Of a stretch of DNA of 64,000 bases, positions 24,332 to 35,358 are shown in pieces. The DNA is taken from the NCBI GenBank assembly GCA_051362555.1, contig CM120640.1, positions 2,790,001 through 2,854,000 on the forward strand, read 5' to 3'. Below the pieces are notes generated by a model. That model was given only the letters and a program-made list of their open reading frames with translations. It had not been told where the DNA came from and did no database searches. The translations under genes and the position numbers were made by a program. Source of the DNA: Lingula anatina. Taxonomy: Eukaryota > Animalia > Brachiopoda. Each line of letters starts with the position of its first letter. The stretch's first letter is position 1.

Positions 24332-26748
24332 ATGCCAAGACTTCGAAGGATGGAGTCGTTGAGTGCATATTTTTCAGATGGCTGCAGGTAAAATTCAAAT
24401 GTAACTTGGACTAATAATACGAATTATTTGCCCAAAACTGAAAGCAAGGCGTAACTGATTTCTCACTGCAGTGGTGTGTGTGAATCACTGCTTTTTTGGT
24501 TTTAGAATGTTCGTCATGAAGTCCCTCATTACCAACAGTGTGTGTCCGGCAACACTGAATGACATGTTTCACAGGCTGTCGCTTACTCAGCTCCATCATT
24601 GGAAAGTTTGTTGTTATTTGGGTAGCTAGAGTCACCGCTCGCACTGTAACACCAGGGTGCATATCATCATCACCTTCACCATCAATGCCATCATACATTT
24701 ATATCACCTATATTGCCATGCTGTACATTAATGATCGTTGCAATATGATTTGTATCTTCAGAGCGCAACCTCTGTGGTTTTTTATGATGGTCGCAGTCTT
24801 ACCGGCCACCATAGGGAAATCATTCGACGGGTTGTTGCGGCGGACCACTGACGGGCGATACGAGGCCTACATGAAGCCACCGTACAAGTCTAACCATGCC
24901 TCGTTCATAGAAAGACTGTCCAGGGAAGACATGGTCATAGCTTGGTTCAGCGGTTCTAAGGAAGGCGAAAGTAACGTGAGTACAGAGAAACCTTAATACA
25001 ATATAAGATATTAAAGATAAGAGGAAAGTAAGATCACGCAAAATGCAACATTTTTTTATGTTTTTAGGTATCTCTTTGTATTGTATACGTCTTCACGCAC
25101 GCTAGTAAAAACTGTTAGGTGTTGCCAAGTGCTGTCACTGTCCCCTGTGAGGTTGATTCAATGGATTTGGAATTAGAACATGGACATTTATTGAAATTAC
25201 TTATTTTTTCTAGGTTGCCATAGTTTTTGCCCGTCTCCCTAACGGCACATTACAGTGGATGAATCCGCGCACCGTCTCACAAAGACCTGGTTATTCTAAC
25301 CAAAATCCCGTCCTGTTCGCAGACAACAACACGTTGTTCCTCTTCCACACTCAGCAGAAGGCATCATTCACAAGCACGTGCAACAGTGACGTAGGCAGCG
25401 AAGGTGAGATAGGCATGACTTATTTAATATTACATATTTAGTCCGTGAGTTGTATGTTTATGTTATAAACATATAACAATTAATTTACAAAACAATCAAT
25501 ATCGATATCAAAACCATTATTCGTGAAAAAAATAACTTCCAGTGGCAAAACCATGCTCCTTTTACCGTTTTCCAAAAAATGAATTGAGTTTATTGACATG
25601 AAGACAACCTCCAATCTTCTAAATACGTGTCAAATAAATAGATGTCAAAAATCAAATGATTTTATTCTCTTTCATTAGATTCCGCTCAGGTGTGGGCTCT
25701 AGTTTCTACAGACGGGAAAGGAGAAAAATTTACTAAACCAAAGCTAGTTCTTTCCAAAGCTGGGTCATTCGACCGCAATCGAATTATTCGATCCCTGGAG
25801 AACGAGTGGCTATTCCCAACGTACTTTGCAGGGGGCTCTTCTAAAGACCAACACTCGATTTTGATGGAGAACGCCAAACACGATCCTTATTCGTCATGGG
25901 TTGGGCATGCTTTTCCAAAATCTGACTACTTAGTGCAACCAAGCGTAGTCCGTCCCGTTCCAGGCAAGTTATTCGTGCCGTTCGTCTATTCTTTTTTTTC
26001 TTTAAAAAATTAGAATGGATTATCAGCACGTTTTGTGGAGCAGTTATTACTAATAGACGTTTGCATAAATGATAAACCCACCCAACCGCCGTCTTCTTTG
26101 ATCCACGAAATAAAGTATTCATTTCACTTGCAATAAGACATTTTATTAGGGCTCCACTTTATGCTATAAGGGGACGTTTGTTTCACAAGTATGCCATGTC
26201 TAGAGAAAGCATTTTATTCACCACTGTTCATTTATAAATTCAAGAATCAGTTAAGGCACTAATACTTTCAGTGCTTATTCGAAATGTCTTCAAATAAAAG
26301 TCCGATATTAAAATAAGAAAGACTAATTTTTTCAGGCAAGCCGAACCTTGTCGTTTTCTTCAGAGATCGGCGTGCAGGGAACATCTACAGGGCAACAAGC
26401 CCAGACGACGGTAAAACGTGGACCACACCCACCAAAACCACACTTCCTAATAACAATAGTGGGATAGAAGCAAACGTTTTGAAAAGCGGCCGAATCGCTC
26501 TGGTGTATAACCCAACCCACCACGCACGTGACCCGTTGGTAATCTCCCTGTCGGAGGACCAAGGTAAAAGTTGGAAGTATACGCGCACACTGGAGACCAG
26601 CAGCAGCGGGAAGAACGTTGTAGAATACAGTTACCCTTCTCTACTACAGGACACAATGGGCAGAATTCACGTGTCCTATACTTATAACAGAGAGACAGTT
26701 AAACATGTCATTATACCCAATGAGCAGTGGATAATGAAAACATATTAA
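24332..26748 (+). CDS. BNR/Asp-box repeat sialidase-fold (BNR_2-type) protein, ~385 aa, predicted secreted or membrane-anchored
   Basis: Exons 24332..24387, 24762..24975, 25214..25403, 25679..25963, 26336..26748 join in frame (phases 2,0,1,1; last intron GC-AG). Motifs HASFIE, WFSGSKEG, NPVLF, QPSVV, FFRDR, SPDDGKTW, LPNNNSG, SEDQGKSW, YSYPS, IHVSYTY. Hydrophobic N-terminal segment LWFFMMVAVLPATIG. AATAAA at 26790. The first exon and start codon (24332 or 24350) are the least certain parts. Confidence 0.87.
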
Positions 26749-26963
26749 GAAATTGATATATCAGACCTAAGTTGGATGTTTTATAAGCCAATAAAAAGAG
26801 GTTCTTTTCAATAGATTTTTATTCAAATTACTTATGCTAACGAATAGATAAAAGACTCTTTCACTAGATTCCACAAGTTAAATTTTGAGGCAATTTTGTA
26901 TAACATTTTTATTATTATATAACCAGAACAATATATTGTATATATTAAAATGGATCTAGAACC

Positions 26964-26966
<3 letters not shown>

Positions 26967-27006
<40 letters not shown>
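26967..27006. repeat. (AC)n microsatellite, ~20 copies
   Basis: Read directly. Confidence 0.95.
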
Positions 27007-27009
<3 letters not shown>

Positions 27010-27911
27010 GACTTAATAAAATAAATATTTTATAATTTAACAATGTGTTAATATTGTTAAAAAAGCAAACATGTAAATGGGTTTTCATATACCAGCAAAA
27101 TATATATCATGTATAAATTTTTCTAATAAAAATAAAGGAGCATTATCAAAAAGGCACATATGATAAATAGCCAAGATTTCGCAGGGTGAAGGGACTAACT
27201 TCATTAAGATTAAGCAGAAATAATATATATAACAATATATATATCGGTCATTTTGGCAATTATGATACAATGTTACATAATGGTTAACAACAAAATCAAC
27301 ACTAAATTTTAATAATGCACAATAGGTAACAGAATATTACTTCAGGCCCACGAGAGCTGGAAAATGATTGTACACAGACTGAAGTTTAAGTAGGACCTTT
27401 GTAGGATCTAATAAAAAATGGTTTCTGTTTTTATGAGGGACACCCTATACGATGCCACTGTGTGAACCTACAGACGCTTCCTTGAATGAGTCCAGAACGA
27501 GCAGCAACGACCAAACATTTGTTTGCGACCAAAACACCACATTCACAAAAATTACCAAGCTTAACCACGGGGTGTAAGACGAAAAAATTGCTACCCTTCA
27601 AATGTTTCAAATGAAGAGAATTGACTTGCGACCGCACACAGCAGTGACTTGTCCATAAGTATACACGTAGCATGCCAGCCTGCTCAGATTTGCTAAACAG
27701 GGAACACAGCTTAAACCAACCATTACTCTAGGAATTCTGTCCACTTCCTTACCTTCATAATTGCTTACTGGTGAATGTTATAGCCAGCTTAATGAAAGGT
27801 TTTGTGACAAGTATTATGCCTGTAATTGCCAAAATATTCCATCATTTATAGCAAGAGTGTATATGAGGATTTCCGCAGAAACATACCAAGGAGAAGAGCA
27901 AGGTTACTTAC

Positions 27912-28736
27912 CAGTATCCAGAAGGGGTGTCCAGCTCGTGAAATCATGAAGGAATTCTGTATGTATGGGTAATCTGGATACTTGTGTCCGTCCCGGTGTA
28001 GATCCATTGATTCAAATATCAAATCTTTAACAAGGAGATGCTCAAAAGGTCTGATACATTCGTAATCCAGATCCACATATATTCCCCCGTAATGGTAAAG
28101 GTAAAAATATCTGACGACATCTGCTCTTTTGATATTTGCGTTATATGTGTCGTACGTCTTTAAAAACCATGGGTAGTGTGTTTTGATAAACATTCTGTTG
28201 TCTTTGTCTGTCCATAATTTATATTCCCAGTCAGGAAAACAAACTCTCCAAGACTTTTGCCATTTTGCGAAGCGTTTTGGTAAATCTTTGGTTTTCCAGG
28301 ATTGATGAATAATTTTAGGAATCACTAAATTTCTAGTCTGCAATTTAATTAACGTTTCCTTATTTATATCTGGAGGACACGAGAGATTTAGTCTTTTGAT
28401 GTAGTAGAATGATTCATTAGTAATTTGCCCACTGGAATGTCTTTCTGCAGCTGTAGTCAGATATTGTTTGTTAGAAATGTTCCCAATCGGAAGTACTGTT
28501 GTGTTGTGGTTACTCATCATATGTTGCCGACTCTGACTTTTTTTAATGGATGAAGTCGAGACGGATATCGCAGCATTTTCTCCTTTTTCTCCCCTTGTTT
28601 GATGTGGCACTACGTTTTCACTTTGGCGCGAAATCCATACTTTCAGAATGCATATTATTAAAATGATGAACGTAAGGATATACTTGAACTTTCTTCTAAA
28701 AGAGATTTTCACACAGGCTGATTGTTGTGCGGCCAT
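27912..28736 (-). CDS. GT32 glycosyltransferase exon 1, copy B (intact, no private exon 2 found)
   Basis: 275 open codons paralogous to exon 1A, ending in a strong phase-0 donor CTG|GTAAGT at the homologous position. No second copy of exon 2 was seen. It is either an alternative first exon splicing to 20062 or a truncated duplicate reading through to the stop at 27846. Confidence 0.8.
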
Positions 28737-29540
28737 TTATCATTTCTCCTCTGAACAATTTCAAGATGTCTCAGTCAGTCGTTCATAAAATATTCCGTCA
28801 AACATTAATTCAAGCATCATGGGGGTAAAAGTATTAGCATATAATTAAATTGAATTACAAAGCGCTAACATAATGTACATAGTAACAATTCGCGCGCTTA
28901 ATCAATAACCTTCATGTATACAGGAACCCACATAGCACAAGCACACTGCTGTTGGGGCAGCTTTGGCATCAGTGGTTCAAACGTCATTTTATCCTTGGGC
29001 CCACAGTGGATCACCCAGACCCCATCCCTGCTAGGTACTAGAACGGGTGATATGAGCTTGTAATTTCTTTCGTTTCCGACCCGCATATGCAGATGCTGGA
29101 TCGAATACTTACTTTTTGCAGTAATTTTTTCGGGAAGGTACACATTCATAATGTATATTTGGTATTTTTATGTGTTGATGTTGAACTTAACATAAGTTAT
29201 TTGGTGCGTAACTTCAGAAACCAAGTCGCCCGCCGGAAGTAGTTCCAGTTGAACGCTATGTCAGCAGCTTTGACGTGCACGACATATAATTAACAGACTT
29301 AACGTCACAAGCCGTTGTTGTAACTGGCTGTCTTATGATCTTCAACAGAAACACAAAAATTAATAGGCCACAAGTTGTGCAAATTGTTGTTGTCCTCAAA
29401 ACACAACCACATCCCCAAATCGCTGTTCATTCTCAAGGCGTGGTTTGCGCACCTGAAAAATCACCCCGTTTTGTGGTTGCAAACTGATTTTTTAAAAGAT
29501 AGTTTAATTAGATAAAACAGTTTCTGGTGAAAATCTGAAA

Positions 29541-29775
29541 GAGGCCAACCCTCGATTTTGATGTAGAACGCCAAACACGATCCTTACTCGGCATTGGTTT
29601 GACGTGCTTTTCCAAAATCTGACTACACAGTCCAACCAAGTGTAGTCCGTCTAGCGACAGGCAACCGTGGTGCTCGTCTTTCCGCGTTTTTTTGATCAAA
29701 AAATTTTACTATAAGGACGATTGCACCGCCCACTGCTAACTCGAAGTCTTTGCAACCGCAACGCAATATTTGAGT
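29541..29775 (+). pseudogene. Decayed duplicate fragment of the BNR sialidase-fold gene (end of exon 4 plus start of following intron)
   Basis: ctcgattttgatgTAGaacgccaaacacgatcctta...gcttttccaaaatctgactac...caaccaagtgtagtccgt aligns to 25846-25963 with a GAG>TAG stop. Similarity continues into the intron (cgtggtgctcgtcttttc vs cgtgccgttcgtctattc). Confidence 0.85.
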
Positions 29776-30791
29776 GGCCGTAGAATAACAGCCTTGATGA
29801 GTCATTAAAATTAAAATCTAAAGAAAAGGCTTTATCCAACTTTTTTTTTATTTTCTCGACGGTTTTGGATGGTATATACCTTGGCAAATAATTGGTAAAA
29901 TGATATTCCAAGGAAATTTAATATATATTTAATACATACAGATTTCATGCACTTTGTGTGCTTTTAACGATAGATTTATACTTTTCTATTCTTACTTTAT
30001 ATAGTCAATATTCATAATATAATATACTCTAAACAAACATGGCAAATAGCTCTTTCATATACATCCACACACAACCAATATTACACGTATATACATACTG
30101 CTTGTGTAACTGTTAAAGCACTCAAACAGATGATTGCACAATTAATTCAAATTTTGTTGACTTCACTGAGATAATATTTCATAAGTTACACTAAAAATGT
30201 TTTAATATTGTAAAAAGAAAGAAAAGCATAAATAGGCAGTTTTCCATCTAACAGCAAAATATGCAGAATTTGCATAAATTTCCCTCTTACCAAACATAAA
30301 TGAGCATTATCCAAAATGCATACGATACGCAGGTGAGATTAAGTGCATTTTGGCAGAGTCAAGGGTTGAGGAGTTTAATAAGATTCCTTGAAGTGCAGAA
30401 AGGATTCACTGGGGGTTTATACACTGGTGTAATGGTAAGGTGAAACGTTGGCAGTTTAGATGTCTTTTCAGCTGGGGTGATATTGGTATTTCCCTACATA
30501 TAGTTATATGCAGTGCATATTCACACTGGTCTTGGGATTTGATGACTGCTGACTGCTGGTTCAAATAAATGGTTAATGGTTACCGAGTTATCAAACACTG
30601 TTACATAGTTCTGCTCAAAATATAGTTACAGAAGATGGTGTTAATAAAAAGAAGCTGCTCAGTCTGGTTTAGAATACAACCACTTTTTTCAAAATCAATA
30701 AATTGGTTGAGAAGACTGTCACTTTAATTCAGTCAGAGGATCCAACCCCAAAAATCACTGTGTGACTGCAAACTCTCTGGTCTCATCACAG

Positions 30792-33700
30792 TCACTGCTG
30801 AGGAGGGTGCATCAACTGGTGGACCTCCTGAAAAGACTGTGCGTCCAGTGCGTACGCTGAGCCAAGCGGCCCAGGCCCGTACATGTTGTGAGCTGGGATC
30901 ATGTGGGTCGAATGCACTGCTTGCGTGTGGGTTATATGTGGGTGCTCAGGGTGGGTTCTCTGCTGTTTGTCACCCACAGTGGGTGTGGGTTGCTGTTGCA
31001 TGCCCTGTAAAGTGGGATAGTGGTATATGGGGTGGGAGGAGTAGATGGCCGAGGGGGTGCCGGGGACTTGTACAGGGGTGGGATCTTGTTCATGGGGGTC
31101 TTGTGGGAGATGTTGTGACTGATGCTGCACCTGTTGTTGTTGCTGTTGTTGTTGATGTAGTTGGTGTTGTTTTAGTGCAGTATCGGCCAGCTGGGAGATA
31201 CTGTCCTGTACTTGTTGGAGACTTTCCTCAGCAAGTTGTTTGGAAGCCTGCTCAATATTATTCATTCCACCATCAATAACTTGTTTTGTGTGGACTCGCA
31301 TGTGCTTGTGCAGGGTTGACCCATGAGCAAAGGTCTTGTTACAGACTTTACATTTGACAGGCTTCTCACCTGTGTGGGTACGTGCATGTTCCATCATGGT
31401 TTTCTTTTGTGTAAATCCACGCCCACAGTAAGAACAGACGAAAGGCTTCTGACCATAATGAATTCGCAGATGCATGTTAAGATGACTCGTGGCCTTAAAT
31501 CCTTTGCCACATACATGACAGACCTTGTTACGCTCAGCAGTATGACTCTGAAGATGGCACTCGTAAGAACGCTTGTGGGCAAAAGCTTTAAAGCATTCTG
31601 AACACTCATAAGGCATTTGGTCTCCATGAGTTTTCTGGTGGTCACGCAGATAGTATTTATTGGCAAACTTTTTTCCACACTGCTCACAGAAATATTCCTC
31701 AATTTTTCCACCATGTACTTTTTCCTTGTGAACATTAACATACTGATGACTTGAAAAGTTCTTACCACACAAATCACAGGGGATTTGTCTTGGACCTTCT
31801 TTGTGGCGACGCTCATGGATAACCAGTGCTGTTTTACTACGGTACTGCTTGCCACAAAGCTCACACATGTATTTGACATTATAGTGCCGACTTTCCATGT
31901 GGAATTTTAAGTCTCTAGGGATTGCAAACTTATGATCACACTCGGTGCATTGTAAGCTTTTTGCAAAATGCTTCCTCATCAGATGTGTCCTCATGTGACG
32001 GCGGTACTCACTCTTGAAGCTACAGTGGATACAGACGATCATTCCCTCAACAATCTTGTAATGCGCCCTCCAGTCGCTGGCTGATTTGGCAACAATTACA
32101 CCATCATTTGAATCATTTGATTCTGTTTTATCCAAAGTCTCATCCAGTTCTCCTGTATCATCAAGTGCAGGTTTTTCTGCGTGCGACACCCCCTTTGAGT
32201 CGGCCTCACACTCTGCCTCATGCTCTTCATAGGCATTCTGGTCAACAAATTTAGCTTGGCAATAAGCACATGTGTAGTATTTCCAGCATCTCCGAGTTCT
32301 CTGACCACATGAGTGCCAGCGCAAATATTCCTTCTTCACGTACGCCTTCCCACACACTTTGCACGGATACCGCTTGACTTTGGGCTTACATTTGTGAATT
32401 TTAAGTGAATGCGGGCTGACATAGACTTTTCTACACTTATTACACTTAAAAGGTTGTTGCTGCATGCAGTGTCTTTGCAGGTGCTTTTTAAGTTCTCCTT
32501 TATCCATAGTAGACTTGTCACATAGAGGACAGAGCCACTTCTTTGGTAAATGATTTTCTATCATGTGGTTGCACCAGGTGGTTATTATTTTAGTTTCAAA
32601 CTCACAAAACTTGCACTTTTGGTTGACTTTAGTTTGTTTTTGTGTTGGTGGTGGGATGAAATTATCTCCTTCATCTTCTCCTGGTTCAGCAATGCCCTCA
32701 TCATTATCATCATCATCATCATCATCTAAAGCTTCATCCATTTCTTCTTCATTGTAAATGAAAGAAGTTTCTTTGGCTTTCTGTTTTCTTTGTGGTTCAA
32801 CAAAATCATCTTCTTCATAAACTTCTGGCTTTGGTTCAGCATATGATTTGTTTTTCTTGGCCCTTCGAAATCTAGGGACCCATCCAGGAACCCCTTCACA
32901 ATTTCTTGACTGCATTCCCTCTTCGGGGACTTCTTCTTCAGCTTTATTTTCATTCTTTTCTTCAACATTTCCATTTGATGAGCCAACCTTTTCATTTCTA
33001 TCTGAATCTTCAGCAATCAGAGCCTGTTTACTGAAGGCCAAGTCCTGTATCTTTCTAAGGGCCTGACTCTGCCTGTACTTGGTATCTAAGACATCATGGA
33101 ATTCTTTGATATTGTTCCATGTGCCATGGAGGAGACAGGCGCCTACGTCATCTGGAACTGTTTGTACTGAGGTCCCACTCTGGAAGACACAAAAATGTTC
33201 ATGTAAGTACACAGATACACATTGTAGCAAGAGATAAATAAATGTTCAAAATATAACTAGATATGCTTAACTGGAGCAAAGGATAAATCACATTTTAATA
33301 TACTCATGTACAGAGTAGTACGATGCACATTATACACAGCAGTGATCAGAGGAGAGGACTGCACTTGAAGATTACTTTATCTTTTCTGGCTTACAATGAC
33401 TCACAGTTCATAGCTTAATTTTGCAATGAGAATTCATTAGTTTTCCTTGTGACACTAAAATATGTTCTATTAGTGCAATAGTATAAACAGGAGAAGAGTT
33501 TGCAGCTAATACCACCGTACATACATTTACATGGGATACCTTTTTCATGTCTTCCAGTGGCTGTACATGTTATAGTGCCAGCGGTATAATGAGCAAAATT
33601 AGGCTTAAAACGGAGGTTTAGATGGCACCTCCCTAGTTACTGCCTTTATAAGTAAGTATGTCGCATGTTCGTGAATGAATACAGGTGTTATTCTTTGCTT

Positions 33701-33892
33701 ATGCCAACCCCCCAAGAAAGGTTTGCAAATACCGCAAATGAACGGCATACTTACGGGCTCGCCATTGCTCAACTCGTAATACCAGTCAAGTCCATATTCA
33801 CCTCCAAGATCAGAAATCAACTTGGCGAAGAGTGGCACCGTTTTTATCACATCAGAAGAAACCACGGCGGTTACTTCACTGAACACTGTCAT
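30792..33892 (-). CDS. Multi-zinc-finger protein (14 fingers: 11 C2H2, 3 C2HC), acidic region and Q/H/P-rich C-terminus, ~848 aa
   Basis: Large last exon 33179..30792 (acceptor TTCCAG|AGT, phase 0) with tandem fingers and linkers HYGQKPF and HTGEKPV. Probable upstream exons are 33892..33755 (ATG; donor CCC|GTAAGT, phase 0) and a 21-nt exon 33560..33540. The upstream exons are less certain. Confidence 0.9.
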
Positions 33893-35358
33893 TGCTAAGG
33901 TCTAATAAGACCATCGTTTGGGTAATCAACCGAATTTACGGTAATTTTCTTCGCCCCTTTGTGATCAAAGTACACTTTTTCCTTACCTCCAATCACTGAA
34001 GAGCGTAACTTGGCGAACCTTACATTGCAATAATTCATGCAAAGCAGATGATGAGTTTTTTCCCTGATTTTTCTTTTTAGGGACTTTTTACCTTTTAAAA
34101 ATATTACAGAGTACTAACAAAACTGTGTTATTGAAGTTGGTATAATTTTTAATTTAATTCAATTTATTTCTTTTTGGTGCATATTTTAAAATTTTATTAC
34201 TTTTTAAATTAATTAAAAAAATAATAAAAATAATAATAATACCGTACGTAAAGGAGCAAATATATCTTTGCACAATGGAAAAATGCACTAGTTAAATTAC
34301 TCATAAAGTATTCCAACTTAATAGTGAGATACTTGGTGTTTACTAATTTATCATGCAGCATATATTTACGATTATGTGTAACACAATAACATATGTAGTT
34401 AAATTTTACAAAAAAATATGCTAGGAGTTACCAAGTAGAGCAATTACTCCACTCCATATCTTAAATTATTTCATTATAAAGTTGGAAAAGGAGACTAAAT
34501 TATCTTTGTTGGCACTGTTAAACACTTTGTATAATTTACTCTCTGGTGACCTTGCATCAACTTTTAGGATTAATATTTTACTATGATCACTAAGGTTTGT
34601 TTTATGCAATGAAGAATAAAATGGCATCTATCTTCATTAACCTCTTGGGTACACAGGCAACAGTACACCTTTCAGTTTCCATTTTAATCTTCCCTGGTCA
34701 CTTTAAAATCAAAGAAATAAACATTTATTGTAAAGAAATACTCAATTACCTATTGATTGTAGTTTCACTTCTTTTCCATAAACCTTTCCCATTTATTCTG
34801 AACTCTATCCTTCAAAATTTACAGCAACACATATTATTCTGTTTAACACAAATTTTAACTTTTTTACCGAAAAAAAAAAACAATCACACAACAGACACAA
34901 TGTAGCAATATAAAGTTTTTTATTCGGTTACCTCTAAATCAAAGATGCATATATTATTCACATAAAATAGTAATTATTCATGACATACATCCCAGTGAGA
35001 CAGGCTCTTTATTAAGACAGGTACATAAGCTGTGCTTGTTAGTATTTAAAAGTTATGTGCCTTTATTTGATTTTATTTGTAATGTAAACCCAAATACTAT
35101 AAAACCCTTTTTTTAACAAAGTAAACCTTGTAAATTAATGTCCATTTAAATGCAGTTGCTTAACATTACAGTCAACTTGCAACTAGCAATTAATAATAAG
35201 TTATGTTATAAAGAATATATAGTGTAAATAAAATTTCTGGTTCATAAAACAAAGTAACAGAAATAGATATATGCATTAAAATGATAATTTCTCATTCAAA
35301 GTGTATCTTTATGTAAAACACTGAGCAACAGTCACATTAAGCTGGTCCCTTGTGTAAC

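Noticed and set aside
29541-29775. BNR fragment as a processed retrocopy
   Set aside because: Similarity continues into the parent's intron rather than the next exon, so it is a DNA-level duplicate.
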